Of a DNA stretch of 64,000 nucleotides, positions 11,878 through 25,419 are shown in pieces. The DNA comes from Camelus ferus (lineage: Eukaryota), in the NCBI RefSeq assembly GCF_009834535.1, contig NC_045696.1:119724001-119788000 (forward strand), in the 5' to 3' direction. The notes under the pieces are model-generated. The model ran no database searches. It was not told the DNA's origin and worked only from the letters and a program-made list of their open reading frames with translations. Both the position numbers and the translations under genes were made by a program. Numbering within the stretch: position 1 is the first letter of the stretch; each line of letters begins with the position of its first letter.

Positions 11878-13009
11878 AGGCTGAGTTTTGAAGGTGTGCC
11901 TTTACATACACAGCCCCTTGGCAAAGACTAGGAGATTTGGGGGGCCCACAGTTTAAGGAAATCTCTGTCCCGTCAGTAGCTGATTGCTAAGCTGAACAGA
12001 GACTTCAGTGACCACATAAGGCAAAAAACACAGACTTAACCGAACTTGTACTAAACAATTATAACAACAAGCAATGACAACAAACCCTGGGGAGAGGGAT
12101 GAACTGATCTCCAGAACTGCCATAATATACTGTTTTAAAAGTCCAACTGTCAACAAAAGACTGAGCTATGCAGAGAAACAATGTGTGGCCCATACACAGG
12201 AAAAACAGTCCAGACAGAGTATCCTTGAAGAAGCTGAGACACTGGGTTTACTAGACAAAGAATTTCAGTCACTTCCTTTAAATATGTTCAAGGGGCTAAA
12301 GGAGACCATGTCTAAGGAATGAAAGTATTTTTAAATGCCTCACTAAATAGAGACTATCAATAAATATACAGAAATTATATTTTTAAAAGCAAATGGAAAT
12401 TCTGTATTTGGAGGTTACAGTAGCTGAAATAGCATGTTAGACTTGAGTGAGCAGAAGAAACAATGAGTGAGCTTGAAGATGGGACAACTATCTAGTCTTG
12501 ATGAATAAGGGGGAAGAAGAATGCTCTCAGGCTCAGAGACCTGTGGGACCCCATCACACGTGCCAGGTCCAAGAAGGGGAAGAGAAAGAAAAGGAGGCAG
12601 AAAGAATATTTGAAGAAATAATGGCTGAAAAGTTACCAATTTGAAAAATGTTTATCCACAAATTCAAAAAAGCTCAAAAAACTCCCAGTAGAATATAGAA
12701 TCAAAAAGATCCAACCTGTAACTATTTGTTATTAAGATAAACAAAAACAGAATTTGTCACTAGCAGACCTGCCCAAGAAATACTAAAGAGTCCTTTGGGC
12801 TGAAATGAAAGAACATTAGACAATGTCACAAATTCACATGAAGAAATAAAGAGCCACAGTAAAGATAACAGCAGGTGAATTTAAAAGACGGTACACATCT
12901 ATTTTCTTATAACTCTCTGTTTCTCCTATCTGATTTAAAAGTCAGCTGCATAAAGCTATACTTATAAATCTGTGTTGATGGGCACACAATGTATAAAAAT
13001 GTAACTTGT

Positions 13010-13510
13010 TGTCCATCAACAGATGACTGGATAAAGAAGCGTGGTGTACATATACAATGGAATACTACACAGCCATAAAAAATAATAAAGTAATGCCATT
13101 TGCAGCAACATGGATGGACAAGGAGATTGTCATTCTAAGTGAAGTGAGCCAGAGAGAGAAAAATACCATATGATATCACTCATATGTGGAATCTTAAAAA
13201 ATGAGACAAATGAACTTATTTACAAAACAGACTCACAGACATAGAAAATACTTATGGTTACCAGTGGGGAAAAGAGGTGGGAAGGGATAAATTGGGGGGT
13301 TGAGATTTGCAGATACACACTACTATATATAAAATAAACAACAAGGTCCTACTGTATAGCACAGGGAACTATATTCAATATCTTGTAACTTACAATGAAA
13401 AAGTCTGAAAACGAATATATGTGTGTGTATGTATGACTGAAACATGCTGGACACCAGAAATTGACACAACACTGTAAACAGACTATATACTTCAATTAAA
13501 AAAAAAGATG
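13010..13510 (+). mobile_element. Young 5'-truncated L1 3' end
   Basis: gtccatcaacagatgactggataaagaag...atgccatttgcagcaacatggatggac...poly(A); TSD-like tgtaacttgt/tgtaatttgt. Confidence 0.88.
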
Positions 13511-13590
13511 AAAAGAAGTGTAATTTGTGACAGTAACAACGTACAGGAACAGGGAAATGAGGCTAATAGGAGGAGAGGGTTTGTGTACTA

Positions 13591-15935
13591 CAGATGACTG
13601 TTTCATTGCATTTTGCTTTACTGCACTTTGCAGATACTGCATTTTTTACAGGTTGGAGGCCTGTGGCGTCCCTGCACAGAATACGTCTGTCTGTGCCATT
13701 TTTCCAGGAATGTATGTTCACTTCACACTTCTGTCACATTTTGGTAATGGTTGCAACATTTCAAACATTATTGTATTTGTTACAGTGATCTGTGATCAGT
13801 GATCTTTGATGTTACTACTGTAATTATTTTGGGGTGCCACGATCTATGTAAGGTAGCAAATTTAATAAATGTGTGGGTTCTGACTTCCCACCAACTGGCC
13901 ATTTCCCCATCTCTCTCTCTCTCCCTGGCCTCCCTGTTCCCCGAGACACAGCAGTACTGAAATCAGGCTGGTTAATGTCCTACAATGACCTCTAAGTGTT
14001 CAGGTGAAAGGGAGGGGCACATGTCTCGCACTTGAAATCAAAGGCTAGAAATGATCGAGCTTGGGGAGGAAGGCGTGTCAACAGCCCAGAAAAGCCGAAA
14101 GCTAGGCCTCCCCTGCCAGCCGGCCAGGTTGTGAATGCAAAGGAAAAGATCTTGAAGGAAATTAGAAGTGCTGCCCCAGGGACACACCAGTGATAAGAAA
14201 GGGAAACAGCCTTATTACTGATGTGGAGGAAGTCTGAGGAGTAGGTCTGGGTAGGTCAGACCAAACACCACATTCCCTTAAGCCAAAGCCTCGTCCTGAA
14301 CAAGACCCTCACTCTCTTCACCTCTGTGAAGACTGAGAGGTGAGGAAGCTGCCGAAGAAAAGTCGGAGGCCGGCAGAGGTTGGTTCATGAGGTTTATGGA
14401 AAGAAGTCTTTTCCATAAAAGCGCAGAGTGAAGCAGCGGGTGCTGACGTAGAAGCTGCAGGTTCCCCAGCAGATCCAGATAAGCTCATTAACGAAGGCGG
14501 CTACACTGAGCAACAGATCTTCTATGTAGGTAGGCTGCCTTTTATTGGAAGGAGATGCCATCTAGGACTTTCACAGCTAAAGAGAAGTCAGTGCCTGACT
14601 TCCAAGCTTCACAGGACAGGCTGACTCTCTTGTTAGGGCCATTGCAGCTGGTGACTGTCATGTGAAGCCAGTGCTCCTTCACCATTCCGAAAATTCTGGG
14701 GCCCTTAAGATGATGCTAAATCTACTCTGCATGTGCTCTGTAGACGGAACAACAGGCCTGGATGACAGCACGTCTTTTACAACGTGGTTTACTGACTATT
14801 TTAGGCCCCCTGTTGAGGTCCGTTGCTCAGAAGAAAGGACTCCTTCCAAGATGACTGCTCCTTGATGGTGCACGTGGTCACCCCAGAGCTCTGCTGGAGA
14901 AGGACAGCGAGGTTCATGTTTCCCTGCCTGCTCGCACGGCACCCAGTCTGCAGCCCGTGGATCAAGGGGTCGTTTCAAATTTCAAGCCTTATTACTTAAA
15001 TACCTTTTGTGAGGCCACAGCTACCATAGGTAGTGGTTCCTCTGATGGATCCGGGCACAGTCAGGTGTAAAAACCTCTGGAAAGGATTCCCCAGTCTAGA
15101 TCCAGGAAGAACATTCATGATTCGTGGGAAGAAGTCAAAATATCAGCATGAACAGGCGTTTGGAGGAAGCTGATCCCAGCCCTCATGGATGACTTGGAGG
15201 GGTTCCAGACTCAGTGATGGAGGTGACCGCTGATGTGGTGGGGACAGGAGGAGAACGGGAATTAGAAGTGGAGCCTGAAGGTGGGGCTCCGTTGCTGAAT
15301 CTCAGGATAAAACCTGAATGAATGAGGAGCTGCTTTTTATGGATGAGCAAACAAAGTGGTTTCTTGAGATGGGATCAACTGCTGGTGAAGATGCTGTAAA
15401 CATTGTAGAAATGACAACAAAGGATTTAGCATATTCCATAAACGTGGTCTGTAAGGCAGCGGCAGGGTTAGAGAGGACTGACTCCAACTGTGGAAGAAAT
15501 TCTACTGTGGGTCAAATGCTATCAAACAGGTGACGTGCTGCAGAGAAATTGTTCATGAAAGGAAGAGTCAGTCAATGCAGCAAGCCACACTGTTGTCTTA
15601 TGCTAAGAAATTGCCAGCCCAGCCTTCAGCAACCCCCATATCAGCCAACAGCCAGCAACATCTAAGTAAGACCCTCACAAGCCAAAAGATTATGACTCAC
15701 TGAAGGCTTAGATGATGGGGAGCATTTTTCAGCAATAAAGTATTTTTACATTAAGGCACATACTTTTTTTAGAGATAATGCTATTATTGCACACTTTAGT
15801 GGACTCTAGCATATTGTACACATAACTTTCATATTCCCTGGGAAACCAAAAAATTTCATGTAAGTCATTTATTGAGATATTTGCTTTACTGCAGTGGTCT
15901 GGAATTGAACCTGCAGTATCTTCAAGGTATATCCA
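13591..15935 (+). mobile_element. Full-length Tigger1 (pogo-like Tc1/mariner DNA transposon) with decayed transposase
   Basis: Collinear with the recalled Tigger1 consensus end to end; preceded by TA; transposase start atgacctctaagtgttcaggtgaaagg near 13985; C-terminal [28 protein letters not shown] broken by frameshifts. Confidence 0.92.
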
Positions 15936-15991
15936 CACTGCTGTGTAGTTTTATTCATCTGAACTAGGTTGTTAAAAGTTAAGGTGTTAGT

Positions 15992-16129
15992 GGGGAGGGT
16001 GTAGCTCAGTGGTAAAGTGTGTGCCTAGCATGCGCGAGGTCCTGAATTCAAGCCCCAATACCTTTGTTAAAAATGACTAGGTAAACAAATAAACCTAATT
16101 AACCCACACACAAAAAAACAACAAAAAAA
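15992..16129 (+). mobile_element. tRNA-derived SINE (Vic-1-like)
   Basis: ggggagggtgtagctcagtggt...; TSD aaaagttaaggtgttag/aaaaattaagatgttag. Confidence 0.9.
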
Positions 16130-16439
16130 TTAAGATGTTAGTTGTAATCTCCAGGACAAACACTAAGAAAATAACTATCAATTAGAAATTACATTATCAG
16201 TAATACATTGACTGTAAACAGGTTAAACTCAAATTACAAGGCAGAGGTTAAGAGAATGAATACCAGACACCCAGTTACAGACTGTCTACAAGACACGTGC
16301 TTTTGATTCAAAGACACAATTAAGTTGAGAGTCAGAGGATGAAGGAACAAATCCCAGGCCAACAGCAGCCAGAGGAGGGCTGGCAGTGGCTGTGCTCCTG
16401 AACAACCAACACGTCAAAACATAACTTAGAAAATGTTAG

Positions 16440-16940
16440 AAGCTGTGGTTCATTTATACAATGGAATACTACTCAGCCCTAAAAATAATAAAATGATGCC
16501 ATTTGCAGAAACATAGATGGCCCTGGAGAGCATCATTCTCCAGTGAAGTAAGCCAGAAAAAGAAAGAAAAATGCCATATGTTATCACTCTAATGTGGAAT
16601 CTTAAAAAAAAAAAAAAACAGACAAATGAACTTATATATAAAACAGAAACAGACTCATAGACATAGAATACAGACTTGTGGTTGCCAGCAGGGAGCAGGG
16701 TGGAAAGGGATAAACTGGGAGTTCGAGATTTGCAGATACTATTATATATAAATTAGATAAACAAGTTTTATACTGTATAGCACAGGGAAATATATTCAAT
16801 ATTTTGTAGCAGCTTATGGTGAGAAAGAACATGAAAATGAATATGTGTATATTCATGTAGGACTGACGAATTGTGCTGTACACCAGAAACTGACACAACA
16901 TTGTAAAGTGACTAGACTTCAATAAAAATGTTAAAAAAAA
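16440..16940 (+). mobile_element. Young 5'-truncated L1 3' end
   Basis: atacaatggaatactactcagcc...gactagacttcaataaaaa; same subfamily as 13010-13510. Confidence 0.88.
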
Positions 16941-18680
16941 TTTCGATATTGAGGAAAGTAAAAATGTAACATTCCATGTCACTGCTGGGAATTCAGTACT
17001 TAGAGGGAAATTTAGCTTAAAAACAGTGAAAAGGAAGAAAGGTCTCAAATCCACAACCTACTCTTCTACTTTAAGGAACTAAACAAAAGAAATACAAACC
17101 CAAAGCAGGCAGAAGAAAATGCCAGACATTACGGCAGAAATAAAGGAAGCGGGGACTCAAAAAAACAGTAGAGAAGAATGAACAAAGCTGTTCCTTTACA
17201 AAGTCAACAAAATGGACAAACCTGCAGCTAGAATGACCAAGAAAAAAAGGACTGAAAATCAGGAATGAAGGGGGAGGGCATTCTAATAACCTCACAGAAA
17301 TAAAAATAATTTATGAGAGACGACTGTGAATAATTATGTACCAACAAACCTGTTAACCGAGATGGAACAGACAAATTCCCAGGAAGACAAACTATCAAAA
17401 CTGTTTCAAGAAGAAACAGGGAACCTGAGTGGGCTTGTAACATGTAAAGACGTTGAATTTGTAATAAAAAAAAAATCTCTCCAGAAAGAAAACCTCAGGA
17501 CCAGGTGACTTCACTGGTGAATTCTGGAAACATTTAAAGAATTAACACTGATCTTTCACAAACTCTTTTAAAAAACAGCAGAGGAGAGAACACCCTCTAG
17601 CTCATTCTGTGAGGCGTTAACCTGATACCAAAACCAGACACGGCATCTCAGGAAGAGAACAGAAAGAACCAATAGCCCTTATGAATATAGGTGCAAAAAT
17701 AATATCAACACAAAATAATATTGAACCAAATCCATCAGCATCTACAAAGTGTTATACGCCTTGAATATCCCTTAAGAATACAGATGCAAAAATCATTAAA
17801 AAAAAAAAAAAAACCCACTATCGAACCAAATCCATCAATGCTTAAAAAGACCATCACCTGGGGTCACATGTGCCCTTGGTCAGGACACCATGGCCGTGCT
17901 GGGCGGGCCCCCAACATGGGAAGGGGCAGAAGGAAAGGCAGGGGCTCCCCACACTGGTCCCAGAGAAGTCAGGCCCCTCCTGTGTTCACTTTGGGTCTGC
18001 GTGGTTTTAACTGTCTTTCCCGTTTTCTTGCCGAACACCCTACCTTGGTTCAGGCAGGCTCTGAGCTTTCCTTTCTCACTGCGGCGATGGGGGTCTCACA
18101 GGACAGCGGGGCTGGGAGAGGAGGGATGGCCGCCCGGGAGGGGACCCCAGCAGCACCCCACCTGCTGCCGGTCGGCCTCACGCCAGACCCCCGTGCCAGC
18201 AGCCAGCTCACCAGGGAAACCCGCCTCCCAGCGCGCCATGTGTGCGCCAGTGAATTAGAATAATTACCAGGTAGCCCACCTGAGTCTCCACGCGCCCCAG
18301 GGGAGGTGAACGCGGCAGGAGTAAGGTCTGAGGCCCCTACAACAGTGCCGACCCCTGGCACACGCCCCTGGGAGGGCCATGAACCACATTCAGGGGCAGA
18401 GCGCTGTCACCCAGCTCAGACCCCAGATGTCTAAGCCCTGACACGTGGGCGCAAGCACAGAGCTCCCCAGGACTGAAGCCACGCTGGGTCTCCTCCCGGG
18501 TCCCCACAGCCACCTTGACACTCCCTGGACAAAGGCCAGGCTGGGTCTCTATGCAGGTGTCCACGTAACCCCCTGAAGCTCCCAGGGCTGAGGCCGGTCT
18601 GACACCCAGGTCTCCGTGTCCATCCTGAATCCCCCACTATTAAGGCCAGGCCAGGGGTCCACCCAGCTCTCCATGCCCTA

Positions 18681-19025
18681 GTGTGCACAGAACATGGTCA
18701 GGTCTAAACGTTATCAGTGTAGACAGCACAGGGCCAGGTCTAAATGTACTTGGTTAAAAAGGATGTTAAGATCTAAATTTCCAGTCTAGACAGAACACCG
18801 TCAAGCCTAAATGCGCCAGAGCAGACACAACACAGGTCTAAAGGTACTCGGTGTAGACAGTGCAGACTCAGATCTAAGTACTCCAGTGCAGACGGAACAC
18901 AGCTACGTACAAATGTGCTCAGCGTAGACAGATCACTCTTGGGTCGAAACATGCTCAGTGTAGACAGAACATGGAGAGATCTAAATCTGCCTTGTAGACA
19001 GAACTTGGTCTGGTTTAACCTAGCA
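18681..19025. repeat. Degenerate ~36-bp minisatellite, ~10 units
   Basis: Consensus approximately GTGTAGACAGAACAnnGTCAGGTCTAAATGTRCTCA; units of 31-36 bp. Confidence 0.85.
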
Positions 19026-20099
19026 TGGGCTGCTCTCCTGGGGACACAGGCCACTCCGTGCGGGAACTGGGATGTACATCACTTGGACAATAAACAGACA
19101 TGGGGCTCCACACTTCCCCCACATCAGGAAACTAAAGGAAACCTTTCTGTCCTTAAACATTTCAGTATGAAAGAAAGATAAGTTACCAATTTCTCTGGCC
19201 ACGTGGTGGTCAGGACCCAGGGGTCAGCCAGGAGCTGTGGTGCAGCCCAGTCTCCGCAAGGACACAGGAAGTGGCCTGATTCCGGGGTCCAGGCTCCTTG
19301 CTCACCAGAGGCGGCCACACTGGAACCCGGGCAATGAGAGATGGCAGTCCATCCAGCTGGTGCCGGTATGGGGGCTGCCAGCTGCTCCAGCACCAGTCAG
19401 GGGACTTCATGCACCCCTATGTTTGAAGGAGGGAAACGCAGGAGAGGTTGGGGCACAGAAGCTGTCCCAGCTGAGAACCCACGGGCCAAGGTCCTTGGGC
19501 ACCTGCACATCTCTACCCACCTGCCCCCCACCTCAACCCCCGTGACCCCCGTGTGTGCAGTGCCTACTCTCCAAAGCGCAGGGCTCAAACAAGCCCTGGG
19601 GCTGACAGTGGGGCTGTCCATCCCCCACTCCGATGCTGAGTTTGGGGAGAATGAGCCCCCTTGCCTGGGTGTCGTGACCCTCCACGTGAAGAGGCGCTGG
19701 TCCCACCCGAGTAGGGGCCACGCAGAGCGATCAGAACACAGGAACTAAGTTCAGTTCAGGGCCAGGAGGCCAGGCCACCAGGAGGGCCTCCCCACCCCCA
19801 GCCCTGGCTGGGTCTCCAACTGCAATGTTGTGGCTTAAAGGGGACCCGGGGCAGACAACTGAATGTAAGGGGGCCTAAGTTGGACCCCGAATGGGGCTTA
19901 GAGAATGTGTGAAGGTCATTACTGAGTCAGTTATGCAACCAGAAGACAGACTCCGTGTTAGGACTCCACCCATTTCAGTGTCCTAGAGCTGTGACCTTCA
20001 CATGGCCACGCAGGATCGCTTGAGCTGGTGTGTGCTGACGTGTCTGGAGCCCAACTCAGTCTGCAACCAACTTGCAGGCACTTCCGGTAAACAAACCCA

Positions 20100-20320
20100 G
20101 ATGTACACACATGCATGCACAGGAACACACACTCCCATACACACATGCACAGCACAGATAAACACACACACACTCAGGTATGAACACACATGCACGCTCA
20201 GGCATGGCACACAAATACACCTGCACACACTCACGTGTGTGTGTGTGCAGATGCACGCATGCACCTACGCACCGATGCACAGCCACGTATGCACACGCAC
20301 AGCACACGCACATGATACAG
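20100..20320. repeat. CA-rich low-complexity tract
   Basis: Imperfect (CA)n/(CACG)n/(TG)n runs. Confidence 0.85.
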
Positions 20321-23300
20321 TGAATACTGTAGGGTGTTCATTCCTGAACACACGTGGAGCTCATATGTATTCTTCCCTTTTTCTTAGGTTTGTTTTTCTC
20401 CTTAAATCTTTCATTTTGAAAAAAGTATTATATATTTTTGTGAGACAGGGGGTCCAAATCGCATGACCAAGTGGGCTTTATCCCAGGAATGCAAGATATT
20501 TTCAACATATAAAAATGAACCAGTGCGATACACTGTATCAATACAATAAAGGGGGTAATAGCGCTTTGTTACCGCTTTTGATGGAGAAAAAGAATTTGAC
20601 ACCCTTTCATGACAAACGCACCAACAAGTAGGAAGAGAAGGACACTTCCTCATCTGTGAAAAGCCCACAGCTAACACGATGCTCGGCGAACTGGAAGCTG
20701 TTCCCCTAAGTCAGAAACAAGACGAGGACGTCCACTGTCACCACACCTACTCAACACTGTACTAGAGGTTCCCGCCAGAACAGTTAGGCATCCGGGGGAA
20801 AAAGGCATCCTTGCCAAAGGGAGAAGTTAATCTATATGAAGATGACATGATCTTGTACATAGAAAATCCACCAAAAAATTATTAGTGCTGATAAGTTCAG
20901 CAAGGTTGCTGGATACAAGATCAATATAAAAATCAACTGTATTTTTATATACTTACAATTAACAATCCAAAAATGAAAAAAAAAATCCATTTATAATAGC
21001 ACCCCAAAAATAGTTGGCAATAAAAAGTAAAAGAAAAATTCACATACTGAAAATTACATAACTAAATAAATGGATAGACATCCTGTGTTCATGAATCGGA
21101 AAACTTAGTATTTTTAAAAGGACAACATTCCTCCAAAGTAGTCTACAGATTTAGTGCAATATCTATCCCAAAATTCTACTGATTTTGTTGACAAGAATTG
21201 ACAAGGTGATCCTGAAAATTTCATATGGAACTGCCAAGCACCCAAAGCACCCAAAGTAGCCAAAACCGCTCCGATAAAGTACAAAGAGGACTCGAGGACA
21301 AGTGTGGTGCTTGCTTAACGGTCAACATACAGGTCAATGGAACAGAACCAAGAGTCTAGAAATAAACCTGTGTCCCTGTTGTCAACAGATTTCCATAAGG
21401 GCACCAAGACGGTACAATGGCCCTGGGACAGCTAGATGTCCACATGCAAAAGACAGTTTGGACCCCTTTCTCACAACATCTACAAAAATTAACTTCGGTG
21501 GATCATCGATCGAAGTGTAGAAGCTAAAACTATAAAACTCTTAGAAGAAAACATAGCTGGAAGTCCACGACCTTGGGTTAGGAATGACACATACAGCACA
21601 AGCAACCAAAGGAAAAAGAAACCTACTTTAGACTTCATCAAAAATGGAACCCTCTGTGTTCCAAAAGGCAATGTCAAGAAAGTGAAATACAAGCAACAAA
21701 TGGAAAGAACATTTGCAAATCATTTATCTGATAAGGGTCTAATATCCAAGATATACAAAGGACTGCCACAACTAAATAACAAGACAGTCCAGTTTTTGAA
21801 CTGGGCACAAGATTTCAATAATTTCTTCAAAGAAGGTATACAGGTGGCCAGTAGGTGCTTGCAAAGATGTTCAGCACCATCTGCCACGAGGGACATGAAA
21901 ACCACAACCACGCTGAGAAGCCACAGCCACAGAGATGCCTTTAACAAACGGACAAGGACGAGCATTGGCGAGGATGTGGAGAAGCTGGAATCTGCACGTG
22001 CTGATGACAGGATGTGAAATGACACAGCCCCTTTGGGAAACAGTCTGTTGGTTCCTCAAATAAACATACACTTAACATATATGACCAGAAATTCCACTCC
22101 TATATATGAACCCAAGGAATTGGCACATAAACTTGTACATGAATGTTCACAGCGACCTTACTCATACTAGTCAAAAAGAGGAGACGACCCAATGTCCACT
22201 GACTTCTGAATGGATAAACGAATGTGAGATGCCCATACAATGAAATATTATTCAGCCATAAAAAAGAAGGAAGAATTTATACATGTAACACAGGGTCAAA
22301 CCTTGAAAACACTACGCTAAGTGAAAGGGGCCAGGAACAAAAGGCCACGTATCGTATAATTCCATTCATAGAAAATGTTCAGAATGGGCAAATCCACGGA
22401 GAGAAAGTGTACTAGGAGTTGCCGTAGGCTGGGGAGGAAGGGGCAGTGACTGCTCGGGGGTACAGGGTTTCTTTTGGGGTGATGAAATGTCCTAAAATAT
22501 AGTGGTGGTGATTGGACAAATATTTAAGGCATTAGCCAAGAAAATTCACGGCATACGTATGTAATGTTTTCCCAGTCGAGCTAACACATAAAATTAACCA
22601 TCACAGATACATAGACTATTACATTTTATGTGGATTCAAATTGTGGAAAAGCAGAGGGGGCGGCAATCAGAAGCAAGGACCCCTCTCCCTCTGGCCTGGA
22701 AGCAGGAGGGAGGACCTGCCCGTGACCAGCGGGAGGACAGCACCACCCTGGGGGATGCGAGACACAGGAGGGAGCCAGTGGCCCTGGGACTGGGGCTGCC
22801 CGCGGTGGGAGTGCTGGCTCTGCCGCCTCCTCGCTGGGTGACCCCAGGCAGGCTGTGCAATTTCTCCCTTCCCCATCTTCTCAATCACAGTATCTCCCGT
22901 GTGGGGCTGTGGTGGGAACAGAGAAAATATGCGGAAGGCACTCGGCACCTAAAAACCCACAGAGCATTCATGCTCCTTATTTCTGCTTGTATAGTCCGCC
23001 GGCTTATGGGCATCGGTCAGTGAACAGCCGATGAACTCTGCCACATCTGGCCATCTGACCTCTGGGCGAGTAATGTAACCTCTCGAAACCTCAGATCTAC
23101 GAAACAGAATTCAGACACCCACAGACCACGCTGAAGGACCCAGCCCAGGGCCTGGGACGTGGGAAGTGCTCCAAGAAGTGGCGTAGAGTAGAAAGCTTTC
23201 ATTCTGTCCCTAATCCTAGAGGGGCAAGAACTAGCCAAGCCATCTGTTGACTGTTAGTCCGGCCCCCCCGAGCCACCGAGGTCAAGGCCGGCTGACATAC

Positions 23301-25329
23301 ACAAGACCTGGGAGGACACAAAGCAAGTCTAACCCCAGGGAGGAGGGAGGCTTCTCGAGGTGGGTGGGGGCACCCTCGACTTCCACGTGTCTGACAAACA
23401 CAGGGGGGTCCTCGAGCTGAAGTCGGCCGACCTCGGGGCGCCCCTTCCTCGGGGATGGCTCTGCCTTACTGTCCCCACCCCACGGAGGCTCTGGCCCCCT
23501 GCCAGCGCAGAGCGGGGCTTCAGAGTGCGCAGCTGTAGCCCCCGTCACGTGTGTGTGCTTCCTAGAGCAGGAGGTGGGCAAGCTAGGGGCCCTGGGCCCG
23601 CGCAGCCGTGGAGACGCCCTGCACCCCTGTAAACCTGGCATCGACAGAGAACGTCCGAGGGGCCACAGCACCTGACGAGACGGGCTCCATCCAGCCCCAG
23701 CGGAATTTGCCACCCGATGGGGACTTGGGGACAAACGCATGCAAGCCTGTGCTCAGGGGAAGGCAGCAGGGCCGTGTGGTCAAATTCACGGACTTCAGAA
23801 GCAGGTGGGCCAACCTGGGTGACTGTCAGCAAGTTACATAACCTCTCTGAGCTCTCGTTAACTGTCAGATATGGCGAGGAGACCCATGGTCTCAGCGAGG
23901 ACTTGGATGCCACCAAGTGGTCAGAGGACAGGGAGTGGCACAGGCAGTGCGGGGTCGACTACCCCAGAGGAACGTGCACAGCACAGATTAGAGGACAGGC
24001 AGTTCTCCCTGAAGGGCCAGGGAAGCCAGAGGGACGAGGCAGCACTGATGGGGGGTGCTCGGTTGGCAGGCCAGCCTGCCTTCATGTATGGTGGGGGGAA
24101 CACCAGGCAGACTGCTCTGAGTGTCCAGTAGAAAGGCGATGCTTGCCGGGGTGTGGGTGAGAGGAAAGAAAACTATGTGCTCAAAGGCAAGCCTGCCCCG
24201 GTGCCATCACTGTGGCCCCCAGGCCTCCCGCTGTCCCTCCCCGTGGGGCAGCCGGCGTCGCTCCATCAACAGGGTGCTGGACAGAGGCACTCCCCTCATT
24301 AACCAGGGAACCGCTGTCCAGGGGCTGAAACACGTTCTGCGCAGAGCAGGGCTTGTCCGCTTTCCGTCTGTGGTGTGTGCACAGGGGGTGGTGGGTGTGT
24401 GCGCCGAGGCAGTTTCTATGTGAATTGTTCCTGCAACCGCCTTCTCTGTTATCCTGGTTACATCCCGGGTTCCGGGTACTTATTTGTTTTTAATGCTGCT
24501 TGGAGACTTTTTTCATATTGTTTGCAAGATTCCTGCCTAGAGAAACCAAAGTTCTTTGGGAAGTTGCCTTTGAGCAGCCCCTCCCCACCCACCGGCACCA
24601 CCCTCTGGACCACAGACCCAGAGCAAGAAGGCAGCTGGGAGCACCGCCCCAGAAGGGTGTTACCTGGAAATGGGGGAAGGCCACGCCCCCACACAGTGCT
24701 ATGTGTTTTGTCACTGCTCTTAGTAATATGTGACTTTACCATGTGAGACAGCTGGCTACTTCATTCCCTTCCAGCGCACACTGCCTGGGCTCCAAACCTG
24801 GCTGACGCGCAGCCCAGCGGCCCTGGGCCCCTGGTTGAGCCTGCCTGTGTCTCAGCTCCCTCACCTGTGAAATGGGCGCAGTAAAGACAGCTAAGTGAGT
24901 CACTACCCCGGAAAGAGGAAGTGCTCCGTAAATAAAAACTGGTATGAAGGCAGCTGCCTCCCAGGCGGTGGGTGGGCCTACAACAGCTGCCGGCCCGTGT
25001 CTCCCCTACACGCACAGGCGCTCTGCCACACGCGGCCCCTGCCTTCCCACCGGCGCTCCCCTCCTGCCTCTCTGGGGCGCTTCCCTGCGGCACCCCGACT
25101 CTCCTCTGGGCCTCTGGCCCCAGCACGGCTGAGACCCCACCTCCTGGCCCCACAAGCCAAAATGCTCATTTCAAGTCAGCGAGCTGATCACAACACGGAC
25201 CATGAAAATCTAAACGCACTGACTGAAGGAATGAGTGGGAAGGGCTCAGCCTCCAGCCTCGGGGGGAGAAGATACGAGTCACAGGCTGTGTTTTTGTTTG
25301 TTCACAGAGGGTTCTAGAGCAACCGCTTC

Positions 25330-25348
25330 CCGGCCACAGGGGCGCTAT
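25330..25348 (+). promoter_or_regulatory. Candidate CTCF-like motif
   Basis: ccggccacagggggcgcta matches the 3' part of the CTCF consensus (CCACCAGGGGGCGCTA) but is one base short in the 5' part. Confidence 0.3.
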
Positions 25349-25419
25349 TTACTTCCTTATCCACTGTTAGTAAGAACTGAGGGGAAAGAAAGTCTCCAAG
25401 GACATTTGAGCGCAGACTG

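Larger units (their letters stand above)
11480..22520 (+). mobile_element. Old, degenerate, near full-length L1 (L1MB-like 3' end) hosting several nested insertions
   Basis: ORF1-like remnants at 12200-12900; ORF2 remnants at 16200-17760 and 20462-22300 (catgaccaagtgggctttatcccaggaatgcaag; FANHLSDKGLISKIYK); L1MB-type 3'UTR at 22300-22520; boundaries approximate. Confidence 0.8.

Noticed and set aside
13985..15720. Domesticated Tigger transposase (TIGD1-like gene)
   Set aside because: Reading frame is fragmented; the longest ORFs are ~70 aa
15992..16065. tRNA genes at the SINE heads (also at ~26072, ~52370 and others)
   Set aside because: They have A-rich tails and TSDs, and the cloverleafs are degenerate; they are SINEs
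18681..19025. CRISPR-like array (36-bp period, hairpin-forming units)
   Set aside because: Units are contiguous and degenerate with no unique spacers, there are no cas genes, and the context is mammalian; it is a minisatellite
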